From: Spirochaetota bacterium | GTDB taxonomy: Bacteria; Spirochaetota; UBA4802; UBA5550 | Length of the DNA stretch: 64,000 nt | Direction of reading: 5' to 3' | NCBI GenBank assembly: GCA_963664815.2 | Contig: CAXXHB010000003.1 | Coordinates: forward strand, 3,968,001-4,032,000 | In this document: piece after piece, positions 48,810 through 58,723 of the stretch | How the letters are laid out: the number at the start of each line of letters is the position of its first letter | Numbering within the stretch: the stretch's first letter is position 1 | Notes under the pieces: model-generated | What the model was told of the DNA's origin: nothing | What the model saw: the letters and a program-made list of their open reading frames with translations, nothing else | Database searches by the model: none | Translations under genes and position numbers: made by a program

Positions 48810-49086
48810 TTAGGTACCCCTTTGCTGCAATATGAATTTAATATTTAAAAAAAAATTATATAGTTCTTTATAAATATTAAATTTTTATTATGTATTTCAA
48901 CGAATATCAACTCTTTTTAAAATAATTTTAACAATCACAAAATTTTCATTTATTCTATGCATTATTTCCGGATCAATAAAAATTGAATCATTATATATAA
49001 ATATCTCATTTAATCATATATGATTAATTTAACGCTTAAATAAAATAATTATTGATATATTCGCACAGTTTTTAAAAATTGTAAAA

Positions 49087-49146
49087 CCTTTCTGCTGAAA
49101 ATGTTTTAAAAACATATTTCAGCAGCAAATACCACAGGAAGGAGGA
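49087..49146 (+). promoter_or_regulatory. Candidate S6:S18 ribosomal-protein leader RNA
   Basis: cctttct/aggaagg stem overlaps the RBS and encloses the hairpin ctgctgaaa...tttcagcag, upstream of rpsF. Confidence 0.45.
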
Positions 49147-49150
49147 AAGA

Positions 49151-49438
49151 ATGAAGAATTACGAACTTACTGTCATTGTAAGGAATCGTGACACGGAATC
49201 TCTCAAAGAAAAGGTAAAAGAGATTCTTCTGAAACACGGTGCAATAATAACAAAAGAAGATCACTGGGGAATTAAAAAATTAGCCTACGAAATTTCAAAA
49301 GAACGTGAAGGCTACTACATGTTTATGCTGGTAGATGTCGCTCCGGATGCTGTTGACAGAATACAGAAGGAATTCGGACTCAACGCTGACATACTCAGAT
49401 ATCTTTTTGTAAGACCAGAAGACAAGAAAACTGCGTAA
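49151..49438 (+). CDS. rpsF: 30S ribosomal protein S6
   Basis: MKNYEL, WGIKKLAYEI, ILRYL. Confidence 0.96.
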   Translation: MKNYELTVIVRNRDTESLKEKVKEILLKHGAIITKEDHWGIKKLAYEISKEREGYYMFMLVDVAPDAVDRIQKEFGLNADILRYLFVRPEDKKTA

Positions 49439-49452
49439 CCGGAGAAAAACTC

Positions 49453-49911
49453 ATGGCAAGCGACCTTAACAGAGTAGTACTGATTGGCAGACTTACACGC
49501 GATCCGGAAATCCGCTATACACCAGCTGGTACCGCAGTAGCAAGTTTTTCACTGGCAAACAGCAGAACTTACGCTGTGACAGGTGAAAAGAAAGAACAGG
49601 TGTCTTATTTTGACTGCATCGCTTGGTCAAAGCTCGGGGAGATTATAACCGAATACTGTAAAAAAGGACACAGAATTGCCGTTGAAGGGAGATTACAGCA
49701 GTCACGCTGGGATGATCAGGACGGTAAAAAACGTTCAAAGGTCGAAGTCGTAATAGAAAACTTCCAGTTTTTGACAGGAAAGGGTCAGGGTGATGAATAT
49801 CCTGCTGAAGCAAAAAGCAGAACTCCAGAACCGAATCATGATTTCGGTGGAAGCGCCGGAAGCGGCAATTTTGAAGAGAATCCCTTTTCAGACGACGACA
49901 TACCTTTTTAA
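49453..49911 (+). CDS. ssb: Single-stranded DNA-binding protein
   Basis: LNRVVLIGRLTRDPE; C-terminal DDDIPF. Confidence 0.97.
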   Translation: MASDLNRVVLIGRLTRDPEIRYTPAGTAVASFSLANSRTYAVTGEKKEQVSYFDCIAWSKLGEIITEYCKKGHRIAVEGRLQQSRWDDQDGKKRSKVEVVIENFQFLTGKGQGDEYPAEAKSRTPEPNHDFGGSAGSGNFEENPFSDDDIPF

Positions 49912-49938
49912 TTAAACCTATGATTACAGGAGATAATA

Positions 49939-50292
49939 ATGTCAGAAGAAATAAAAAATATTGATACAGAAACAGTTGCAGAAACAGTTGAACCTGTAAC
50001 TGAAGCAGTTGCACCAGCTTATGGAAGGAGGCCTTATGCAAGTCAGGAAGAGGGTGGAGACAGACCGTATCAGAGAAATATGCGTTTTAAAAGAAAAGTA
50101 TGCAGATTCTGCCACGATAAAAACGCACAGATAGATTATAAAGACGTGAAAATGGTGGAACAGTTTATAACTGACAGAGGTAAAATTCTGCCAAGACGTG
50201 TTACTGGAACCTGCGCCAAACACCAGAGAGGTGTCTCGCAGGCCATTAAAAGAGCAAGAATTATCGCTCTTGTTCCGTTCGTTGAAAAATAG
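49939..50292 (+). CDS. rpsR: 30S ribosomal protein S18 (Zn-binding type, N-terminal extension)
   Basis: [26 protein letters not shown]. Confidence 0.96.
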   Translation: MSEEIKNIDTETVAETVEPVTEAVAPAYGRRPYASQEEGGDRPYQRNMRFKRKVCRFCHDKNAQIDYKDVKMVEQFITDRGKILPRRVTGTCAKHQRGVSQAIKRARIIALVPFVEK

Positions 50293-50294
50293 TT

Positions 50295-51227
50295 TTGGGA
50301 GCTATTTTGTTCATTGCAGGAGTCATCCTCACCATCTGTTCGGCTTTTATTTTTTACAAATGGGGATGGATAAGTTTAATTTTATACGTGCCTGCAGCGT
50401 TAGTACCAGTTGTTCTGGGAGGTTACGAAGGGGGACTTTCTCTTTATACCTTACCACTTATAACAGGAACAGTTGGCGGATACTGTTTTAAAAAGTCTTC
50501 AGGGCTCGACTTTTTTATTACTTTTTCCGCGATTCTATTTGCGATAGTTTTTACAACTGATTTTTACATATTAAAAAATGTTAAAGGCTATGATTTAGTA
50601 GAAATCGGAAAATCTGAACTTGTCCAGATTCTGGAACAATCCCGGGGAGAGATGGAGAAGGTTTTTGATCAATATAAAACCCCGGAAGAAAACAGAAAAA
50701 AACTTAGAGAAGATTTTAATACTTCTCTGCAGATGATTCAGGACAGTAAATGGATTCAGCTTGCAAGAGATATGATTCCTTTTACATCCTTTATTTATTC
50801 AGTAATGGTAACAGGTTTCAGTTTTTTTCTGATGAAAAAAATATTCATGAAAACTCAGGGGAAGGATGTCAGATCCCTTGAATTTTTCAGGTTGAATGAT
50901 TACACAATTTTTTTAATAATCGCCGGATGGGGCCTTTTCATGCTGCTTGATAAAACCAGTTATCCGGTAATTTCTGTTGCAGCATTGAATATTGCTTTGG
51001 CTGGTTCAGTGCTTTATATTATTCAGGCTCTGGGTATACTTAAGTTTTTTATCATCAGAAAAGGGATGCCGACAGTACTTATACCTCTTCTGATCTTTAC
51101 TTTACTGATACTCGGGCCTTCTGTTATTATGTTTTCAATGATTATATTACTTGGAATAGGCACACTGGATCTCTGGGGAGATTTCAGGAAGCTTAATCCC
51201 AAAATAGAACGAAATATTAAGGAGTAA
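50295..51227 (+). CDS. YybS/DUF2232-family membrane protein
   Basis: Multi-TM, C-terminal GTLDLWGDFRK, conserved position between rpsR and rplI. Confidence 0.8.
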   Translation: MGAILFIAGVILTICSAFIFYKWGWISLILYVPAALVPVVLGGYEGGLSLYTLPLITGTVGGYCFKKSSGLDFFITFSAILFAIVFTTDFYILKNVKGYDLVEIGKSELVQILEQSRGEMEKVFDQYKTPEENRKKLREDFNTSLQMIQDSKWIQLARDMIPFTSFIYSVMVTGFSFFLMKKIFMKTQGKDVRSLEFFRLNDYTIFLIIAGWGLFMLLDKTSYPVISVAALNIALAGSVLYIIQALGILKFFIIRKGMPTVLIPLLIFTLLILGPSVIMFSMIILLGIGTLDLWGDFRKLNPKIERNIKE

Positions 51228-51230
51228 ACA

Positions 51231-51674
51231 ATGAAAGTTATACTTCAGAAAGACATACCAAGCCTTGGCGATGCCGGGGACATAAAAGAAGTAGCTGAGG
51301 GATTTGCGAGAAATTATCTCCTCCCGAAAAAACTGGTTATAGTTGCAAATGAATCTAGCAAAAAGGCTATTGATCACCAGAAAAAACTTATAAAAATCAA
51401 GAAAGAAAAAAGAAAGAAAACAAGCGAACAGCTTGCTTCCAGCATGTCAGATGTTGAGCTTACAATTCCAGCACAGGTTGGAGAAGAGGGAAAACTCTTC
51501 GGTTCAATTACCTCTATGGATATAGCAAAACAACTGAAAGAAAAAGGTTTTGAAATTGACAAAAGAAAAATTCTTCTTGATGCTCCTATCAAGCAGGAAG
51601 GCGAATTTAAGGTATCAATAAAATTAGAAGAAGGCCTTACTGCAACAGTAAAAGTTATTGTAGTTAAGGAGTAA
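51231..51674 (+). CDS. rplI: 50S ribosomal protein L9
   Basis: MKVIL...GFARNYLLP, GKLFGSIT. Confidence 0.97.
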   Translation: MKVILQKDIPSLGDAGDIKEVAEGFARNYLLPKKLVIVANESSKKAIDHQKKLIKIKKEKRKKTSEQLASSMSDVELTIPAQVGEEGKLFGSITSMDIAKQLKEKGFEIDKRKILLDAPIKQEGEFKVSIKLEEGLTATVKVIVVKE

Positions 51675-51677
51675 ATC

Positions 51678-53036
51678 ATGACCACTGACAGGCTTCCCCC
51701 GCAGGATGTTGAAACAGAAACTGCTTGTATTGCTTCAGCCCTGCTTAACAGGGAAGCACTGCTCAGAGTTACTGAAATCCTCCAACCGGAGGATTTTTAC
51801 CTTGAAAAACACCGTATAATTTTTGAAGCGATCTCAGAGCTTGAGAAAAAATCTCTCCCGATAGATCTCACAACCCTCAGACAGATACTAATTGATAAAA
51901 GCTGCCTTGAACGCATTGGAGGGAATTCCGCACTTGCAGAAATATATCAGTCTTCATCAACATCAGGAAATGCCGAAATATATGCAAAAAGAATAAAAGA
52001 GATGAGTCTTCGAAGAAAGCTCATTGATGTTGCAGAACTCTCTATAGAAAAATGTTTTAACAGGGGGCTGACAACTGAAGAGGTGATGGATGAAGTGGAA
52101 CGGGATGTTTTCAGGGTAACAGAACAGCGCATTACATCTGACTATAAAAACATTGAAGTCATCATAAACAGTACAATGAATGACATCGACACCTGGTACA
52201 AAACAAAAAAAATGGTAACAGGTATTGCCAGCGGATTTACAGAGCTTGATGAGCAGCTTACCGGATTCCATGGAGCGGAACTTATAATCATTGCAGCAAG
52301 GCCTGGCATGGGTAAAACCGCTTTTGCCCTTAACATTCTGAACAATGTTGCTGTAAGACACAAGACTCCTGTACTCTTTTTTTCTCTTGAAATGCCGGCA
52401 AACCAGCTGGGGCTCAGGATGCTCTGCATTGAGTCAATGGTTGATTCACAGAGAGTACGAACCGGGCATATAGATCAGGAGGAACTGAAAAAAATATTCA
52501 ACATGTCTGGCAAGTTAAGCAAAGCTCCCATATATATAGACGATTCTGCCTCTGCAACAATTATGGAAATCAGGGCGAAAGCCAGAAGACTGGCTCAGAA
52601 AGTACCACTTGGGATGGTAATTGTAGATTATCTTCAGCTTATTTCAAGCTATTCAAAAGTTGACCGCCATCTTCAAATTGCTGAAATATCAAGAATGCTT
52701 AAACAACTGGCGCGCGAACTCAACATCCCGGTAATTGCTCTTTCCCAGCTTTCCCGTGCAGTTGAATCAAGAACAAACCAGGAACCAACTCTCTCCGACC
52801 TGCGGGAATCGGGAGCAATTGAGCAAGATGCAGATGTAGTTATGTTCATCTACCGTGAGGACAAGGTAAAGAAAGAAAGCGAGAAAAAAGGGATAGCTAC
52901 AATAATGGTTGCAAAACAGAGAAACGGTCCTATCGGCAATATTGATCTTCGTTTCTGGGGCAAATATACCAAATTCGGTAATCTTGATGTCCCCCATTCC
53001 TATGAGGAGGCTAGCCCCACTCATGAATCACATTGA
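51678..53036 (+). CDS. dnaB: Replicative DNA helicase
   Basis: AARPGMGKT, FSLEM, VDYLQL, LSQLSR, DLRESGAIEQDAD, KQRNGP. Confidence 0.97.
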   Translation: MTTDRLPPQDVETETACIASALLNREALLRVTEILQPEDFYLEKHRIIFEAISELEKKSLPIDLTTLRQILIDKSCLERIGGNSALAEIYQSSSTSGNAEIYAKRIKEMSLRRKLIDVAELSIEKCFNRGLTTEEVMDEVERDVFRVTEQRITSDYKNIEVIINSTMNDIDTWYKTKKMVTGIASGFTELDEQLTGFHGAELIIIAARPGMGKTAFALNILNNVAVRHKTPVLFFSLEMPANQLGLRMLCIESMVDSQRVRTGHIDQEELKKIFNMSGKLSKAPIYIDDSASATIMEIRAKARRLAQKVPLGMVIVDYLQLISSYSKVDRHLQIAEISRMLKQLARELNIPVIALSQLSRAVESRTNQEPTLSDLRESGAIEQDADVVMFIYREDKVKKESEKKGIATIMVAKQRNGPIGNIDLRFWGKYTKFGNLDVPHSYEEASPTHESH

Positions 53037-53802
53037 GAGGAGTTCATTTTTCGAATCATTTTTCGAGTCTCTAGGTATTCATATTATTTTCTTTAAAGAG
53101 ACTATCTTATGGACTTTCCGTCCTCCGTTTGACCGACAAAATATTCTCGCTCAGATGCTCGAGATCGGATATAAATCCCTTCCAGTAACAACCATAACGC
53201 TTTTTTTCACAGGGATGGTTATGGCTCTGCAGATTGGCAAAGCAATGGATGCCCTCATGTCAGGGTCCTCGGTATTTATCGGAACCGCTGTAACAATCTC
53301 TATGTTCAGGGAGCTTTGCCCGGTTTTAACTGCGCTTCTTCTTGCCGGCAGGGTTGGCTCCTCCATTGCCGCAGAGATTGGAACGATGAAGGTTACAGAA
53401 CAGATAGATGCTCTTCGCACACTTTCTGCAGAACCGGTTCAGTACCTGTCTGTTCCGAGGTTTATAGCCTGTGTCGTTATGACTCCTTCCCTGACAGTTA
53501 TTACTGATATAGTTGGAGTTCTTGGCGGCGCGGTAGTTGCTTTCTTATCATTGAATATTACTCCTGACAGCTATATATCAAATATAATTCAAAATATCAG
53601 TCTTGGCGATTTCATTTCCGGTATAACCAAGTCATTCTTCTTCGGGGCTGAGATCGCAATTATTTCATGCTGCAGCGGATTCAGCACCACCGGAGGCGCT
53701 GAAGGAGTTGGAAAATCCACAATTCAGGCAGTAGTCCGGTCTTCCATGGTTGTGCTTATTTCAGATTATTTTTTAACATATCTTATACAGATTATCGAAT
53801 AA
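53023..53802 (+). CDS. mlaE: MlaE-family ABC permease
   Basis: RELCPVLTALLLAGRVGS, EIGTMKVTEQIDAL, GAEGVGKST; start ATG 53023 after GAGGAGG, overlapping dnaB. Confidence 0.88.
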   Translation: MNHIERSSFFESFFESLGIHIIFFKETILWTFRPPFDRQNILAQMLEIGYKSLPVTTITLFFTGMVMALQIGKAMDALMSGSSVFIGTAVTISMFRELCPVLTALLLAGRVGSSIAAEIGTMKVTEQIDALRTLSAEPVQYLSVPRFIACVVMTPSLTVITDIVGVLGGAVVAFLSLNITPDSYISNIIQNISLGDFISGITKSFFFGAEIAIISCCSGFSTTGGAEGVGKSTIQAVVRSSMVVLISDYFLTYLIQIIE

Positions 53803-53907
53803 AGATAAATGCTATGATCATATGTAAAATATTTGCCCTTCTCGCCAAGGTGTAACGTATATCAGAGTATACAGTATTTTAAACAATTAGAATAAGGTTC
53901 ATTAACA

Positions 53908-54591
53908 ATGAGTGTAAATAAAATCAATATTGAATTTCAAAAAAATATCAAATCCCTGAACATTAACAGTGAAGTCCTTCGTGCTTTTCAATCTGTCGAC
54001 CGATCTATTTTTTTTGATCCTTTTTTTAAAAATAATATCAGTGGTTTTAAACCGATTCCAGTCGGTTTCGGTGAGTACAGCGATGACATTGTTCTTCTCA
54101 CCAAAATGTTAAATACGCTTTCACCGCAGAAGAAATGGCATTTACTTGAGATAGGCACCGGATCAGGTTACTCTACAGCACTTCTCTCAACTATGGTAAA
54201 CAGAATAACAACTATTGAGTACCATGAAAAACTCGCTTCAGAGGCAAAAAACAGACTTATATCAAACGGGTTTTTTAATATAAAATTTCTTGCGGGAGAC
54301 TGTTCGGAACTTGATGATACCGCGGGATCATTTGATGGAGTTATTGTGCATGCAGGGTGCATGCACAGCCCATACGCCGCTCTTAATCTTCTCAAAAAGA
54401 ACGGAGTTGCAGTTTTCCCTATGGGTACATCTATGTTGCAACAGATTACATATTATAAAAATCTGACCCTCAAGCCTGAAGACAATCCTTTTAAAAGATA
54501 TAAATTTTTTGATTCCTGTTCTGTAAATTCCATTAAAGGCATATACGGATTTACCAATGCTGAAGTTGATATTTTCATTCAGCCTGGGTAA
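53908..54591 (+). CDS. pcm: Protein-L-isoaspartate O-methyltransferase-like protein (divergent)
   Basis: VLRAFQSVDRSIF, LEIGTGSGY SAM motif. Confidence 0.65.
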   Translation: MSVNKINIEFQKNIKSLNINSEVLRAFQSVDRSIFFDPFFKNNISGFKPIPVGFGEYSDDIVLLTKMLNTLSPQKKWHLLEIGTGSGYSTALLSTMVNRITTIEYHEKLASEAKNRLISNGFFNIKFLAGDCSELDDTAGSFDGVIVHAGCMHSPYAALNLLKKNGVAVFPMGTSMLQQITYYKNLTLKPEDNPFKRYKFFDSCSVNSIKGIYGFTNAEVDIFIQPG

Positions 54592-54681
54592 AGCGATGAT
54601 GGCAATATTTTTATAATTGGTTTGTAAAATACCGTCTTTGTTATTCATAAAAATGCAAAACTTCATCTTCAGGAGAGATAA

Positions 54682-55608
54682 TTGATTTATCTTGCACCTA
54701 TTCAGGGTATTACAGACAGAATATTCCGAAATGTATTCCCAAAGTATTTCAGTAATGTTGACCTTTCAATTGCCCCTTTTATTTCGACATCAAAGAGAAA
54801 AAATGTCGAGACTGTCATTTTACGGGAGCTCGATCCTGATATGAATACAGGAATTCCTGTCATTCCTCAAATATTAAGCAATGACCCCGCCAATTTTATT
54901 CCATTGGCAAATAAACTGTATAACATGGGATATGGGACAATTAATTGGAATCTGGGGTGTCCCTTCCCTGTAGTTGTGAATAAAGGCAAAGGCTCAGGCA
55001 TGCTCTGCTATCCCGGCAGGATTGAGGAGTTTCTGGATAAGACCATACCAAAAATAAAGGCAAATTTATCAATTAAACTCAGACTCGGCCTCGTTTATTC
55101 CGACGAAATCCTTTCTCTCATCCCCATATTCAACCGTTATCCAATTAAAGAATTGATTATACATCCCCGGACTGGTAAGCAGATGTACGAAGGGTTTGTT
55201 GATATTGAGATATTCGCAAAATGCATAGAAATTTCCAGACATGAAATCGTTTATAATGGCGACTTAGATTCAACTGAAAAATATAAGTTAATATCAGAAC
55301 GATTCACTTCAATTAACAAATGGATGATCGGCCGAGGATTACTCATGGATCCATTCCTTGCTGAAAAAATTGTTACAGGGGACAGCCGGTCTTTAACTGA
55401 CAGGATTAAAATTATCAGGTCTTTTCACAATGAATTGTTTGAAGTATATTCAAAAACCATGCCCGGGTCTGTTCACATAACAGATAAGATGAAAAGTATC
55501 TGGTCTTATCTTGCAAATTTTTTTGAAAACAAAGAGGAGATAAAGAAAAATATTTATAGATCACAAAATGTAAATCAGTATCTCGATGCAGTAAATAATA
55601 TTTTCTAA
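54682..55608 (+). CDS. tRNA-dihydrouridine synthase family protein
   Basis: LAPIQGITD, NWNLGCP, IHPRT, YNGD, MIGRG. Confidence 0.88.
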   Translation: MIYLAPIQGITDRIFRNVFPKYFSNVDLSIAPFISTSKRKNVETVILRELDPDMNTGIPVIPQILSNDPANFIPLANKLYNMGYGTINWNLGCPFPVVVNKGKGSGMLCYPGRIEEFLDKTIPKIKANLSIKLRLGLVYSDEILSLIPIFNRYPIKELIIHPRTGKQMYEGFVDIEIFAKCIEISRHEIVYNGDLDSTEKYKLISERFTSINKWMIGRGLLMDPFLAEKIVTGDSRSLTDRIKIIRSFHNELFEVYSKTMPGSVHITDKMKSIWSYLANFFENKEEIKKNIYRSQNVNQYLDAVNNIF

Positions 55609-55931
55609 TAATCCACCCGAAACAACCAGATCCTCCGTTATGGTAAACCCTTTTTAAAAAATCCACACTATTAATTGTTGACTATGGTAGTTTATTTATT
55701 GAAATTACTTATTAAAAGTTTTTTAAATAAGAATTCTCCACGCAGATGTAAGAAAATGATATTTGCTTATTTTTTTATTAAGTTATAAAAATTTATTTGA
55801 AACAGTGCAGTCTTTTGTATTTTAATGTTTTTATGAAATGATCAGAAAATACTTAATATTTGTCATTGAGGTGAATCAATGTATTTTTATAAAATATTTT
55901 TACAACTGCTATTGCAAATTCCGGGAAATTT

Positions 55932-56564
55932 ATGATTATAGAACAGATACTTGTTACAGGGATGGCCGTTTTCTGCTATTTGGTAGTAGATGAATCTACA
56001 AAGGATGCGGTACTTATCGATCCTGCCGGAGATTATAATTCAATCTTCAAACAGGTGGAAAAACACAATGCCAGGATTAAATATGTAATAAATACTCATG
56101 GGCATTATGATCACACTTCAGGCAATTCTCACGTTACTTCAAAGACGGGTGCCATTCTGCTTATTCATCAGGAAGACCTCCGTCACCTTAGTGAAATCAG
56201 ACGTGATGAATGTGCTCTGTTTTCTGATGAAAAAAACATTGCCGGAAAAAAGACTCTCCTTCTTAAAGACAATGACAAAATAATAATAGGGTATACTCAG
56301 CTATGGATAATTCATACTCCGGGACATTCAGCAGGAAGTATATCCATCTATTCAAACGGAAACATCTTTACCGGAGATACTCTTTTTACTGAAGGAGTAG
56401 GAAGAACCGATCTGCCGGACAGTTCACAAAGCAGTCTTGTAAATTCAATAAAAAATAAAATTCTCAGTCTGCCGGATGATACAAAAATATGGCCTGGTCA
56501 TAATTACGGGAAAAAACCTGTATCAACAGTAGCTGAACAAAAAAAATATTTTGGATTAAAATAA
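55932..56564 (+). CDS. MBL-fold metallo-hydrolase (glyoxalase II-like)
   Basis: THGHYDH, HTPGHS, FTGDTLF, PGH. Confidence 0.9.
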   Translation: MIIEQILVTGMAVFCYLVVDESTKDAVLIDPAGDYNSIFKQVEKHNARIKYVINTHGHYDHTSGNSHVTSKTGAILLIHQEDLRHLSEIRRDECALFSDEKNIAGKKTLLLKDNDKIIIGYTQLWIIHTPGHSAGSISIYSNGNIFTGDTLFTEGVGRTDLPDSSQSSLVNSIKNKILSLPDDTKIWPGHNYGKKPVSTVAEQKKYFGLK

Positions 56565-56574
56565 CTGGAGAAAT

Positions 56575-57360
56575 ATGAATTTAAAAAATATGCTGCCACT
56601 TTACCGGCTTAAGGAAATTACCAGAATATTACGAGCTGAAAATGGATGCCCATGGGACAGAGAACAGACTTTCAACTCCCTTAAACCATACCTTGTGGAA
56701 GAAACCTATGAAGTTTACGATGCAATCGAAAGTGGGGATCTGAATAATCTTAAAGAAGAACTTGGTGATCTTCTTTACCAGATTTATGCTCACTCTGAAA
56801 TAGCTTCCGAGACATCATCCTTCACTATCGACGATGTTGCAGATGGCATTGCTGATAAGCTGATAAGGCGGCACCCTCATGTTTTCGGCAATGAAGACAT
56901 CCAAAACGCGACTGGTGTAAAAGTCAGATGGGAGGAAATAAAAAAAACAGAAAAGAACGGAAGAAAGTCTCTTCTTGATGGTATTCCACGAAACCTTCCC
57001 GCGCTGTCAATGGCCCTCAGAATTCAGGATAAAGTTTCTCACGCAGGTTTTGACTGGGAAAAGATTGATGGAGCAATAGACAAGCTTGATGAAGAGATTA
57101 ATGAGTTCAAGGAAGCTGTAACTCTTGAAAACAGCGACAAAATAACTGATGAAGCAGGAGACATACTATTCAGTCTTGTGAACGTTTTAAGATTCAAAAA
57201 AATTGATGCGGAAGATGCTCTCAGAAAAACAATCAACAAGTTCTCTGACAGGTTCCGGTATATAGAAGCTAAAGTCAATGAATCAGGTAAAAGTATAAAT
57301 TCGATGTCGCTTGAGGAACTTGATGTTCTCTGGAAGGAATCTAAAAAGAATCTTAAATAA
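56575..57360 (+). CDS. mazG: Nucleoside triphosphate pyrophosphohydrolase
   Basis: GCPWDREQT, EELGDLL, KLIRRHPHVF, GFDW. Confidence 0.95.
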   Translation: MNLKNMLPLYRLKEITRILRAENGCPWDREQTFNSLKPYLVEETYEVYDAIESGDLNNLKEELGDLLYQIYAHSEIASETSSFTIDDVADGIADKLIRRHPHVFGNEDIQNATGVKVRWEEIKKTEKNGRKSLLDGIPRNLPALSMALRIQDKVSHAGFDWEKIDGAIDKLDEEINEFKEAVTLENSDKITDEAGDILFSLVNVLRFKKIDAEDALRKTINKFSDRFRYIEAKVNESGKSINSMSLEELDVLWKESKKNLK

Positions 57361-57361
57361 T

Positions 57362-58723
57362 CTATTTAATTACTTTAAGGATTCTCCCCCAGCAGGGATG
57401 CAAATCAAGCCTGAGATGGTTCCCATTATTTAATTCAAAAGTTTCCCCATCGTTCAGAATATCGATAACATGCACCCCTGTCACTGGAATTTCAAATTCA
57501 ATGTGAGATAGTTCCCCTGATGCGTTCACAGCAACAACAATCCATTCATCATTTATTATCCTGGCATATGCAAACTGTTCATGCAGGACTTTTAATTGCA
57601 TATATCCGCCATGTTTCAGTATTTCTGAACTGTTTCTGATATACGAAAGCTTAGAAATAGTTACAGCGAGATCTTTATTGGGACTGCCATTAGAAGCTGT
57701 ATTTAAATCAAGCTCAGGACGAATCTCCTCATCTTCACCATATTTCAAACCTTCAATTCCCCATTCGCTGCCGTAATATACTGATGGTATTCCGGGCATC
57801 GTAAATAGGAGTATATGCAACGGATAAAGATGAGCTGTATTTTTCAATGTACTGGCTATACGGCTCACATCATGATTGTCTGCAAAATTGTACAAATAGT
57901 TATCTGTACAGAAGCCTGAATTTTTACCAAATAAAGAATTAAGCGAATATGCTATTTCAAAATAGTTTTTATCATTATGGCTTGAATATAATCCCTTATA
58001 GCAGATATAGTTTGTTACAGAATTAAGAAGATGTATGTTTGCCCAACGGCTGTAATCGCCATGAATCACTTCTCCCATAATCCAGAAGTCAGGCTTTATT
58101 TTTTTACACAATGATGATAATTCACTCATAAAATCGAAGTCAAGGCAGTCGGCACAATCCAATCTTAACCCGTCAATATCAAATTTCCGAATCCAGTATT
58201 CTACAGCTTTAAATAAATATTCCTTTACGTCAGGATTCTGCAGATTAAGCTTAACAAGCCTGTAGTGCCCTTCCCATGTTTCATAATCAAACGGATCATT
58301 GAATTTACTTCTCTTATCAAAATTGATATTACAAAACCAGCTGATGTACTCCGACTCCTTAACGTTAAAAAGAAGTTCCCTGAATGCAAAAAACTCACGT
58401 CCTGCATGATTGAATACTCCGTCAACAACTACTTTTATACCATTTTCATGCAAAGTCTGAACTGTTTTAATAAATATCTCATTATCCCCCAGGCGTCTGT
58501 CGACCTTATTGTAATCTGCGATATCATAACCATGGGTTGCTGATTCAAAAACCGGCCCGAATAAAATAGCATTGGCCCCAAGATATTTTATATGATTAAG
58601 CCATTTATAAACTTTCTCCAGCCGGGGTATCGGCAACGAACTAAAATCATTAGTCCTGGCCGCACCACAGAATCCCAATGGGTAAATATGATAGAATATC
58701 GCTTCTCTATACCACTCATTCAT
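57362..58723 (-). CDS. GH13 alpha-amylase/cyclomaltodextrinase family glycosidase
   Basis: DGVFNH, DGLRLD, GEVIHG, FADNHD, PGIPSVYYG. Confidence 0.9.
   Translation of the reverse strand: MNEWYREAIFYHIYPLGFCGAARTNDFSSLPIPRLEKVYKWLNHIKYLGANAILFGPVFESATHGYDIADYNKVDRRLGDNEIFIKTVQTLHENGIKVVVDGVFNHAGREFFAFRELLFNVKESEYISWFCNINFDKRSKFNDPFDYETWEGHYRLVKLNLQNPDVKEYLFKAVEYWIRKFDIDGLRLDCADCLDFDFMSELSSLCKKIKPDFWIMGEVIHGDYSRWANIHLLNSVTNYICYKGLYSSHNDKNYFEIAYSLNSLFGKNSGFCTDNYLYNFADNHDVSRIASTLKNTAHLYPLHILLFTMPGIPSVYYGSEWGIEGLKYGEDEEIRPELDLNTASNGSPNKDLAVTISKLSYIRNSSEILKHGGYMQLKVLHEQFAYARIINDEWIVVAVNASGELSHIEFEIPVTGVHVIDILNDGETFELNNGNHLRLDLHPCWGRILKVIK

Noticed and set aside
30082-49150. Integrative element boundaries around the accessory block
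   Set aside because: No integrase, transposase, tRNA or flanking direct repeats seen, so mobility cannot be supported
49939-50070. N-terminal extension of S18 with (A/V)ETV-like repeats
   Set aside because: Low-complexity S18 extensions are common; not distinctive
52909-53022. Extended mlaE start deep inside dnaB
   Set aside because: ATG 53023 with a GAGGAGG RBS is the plausible start
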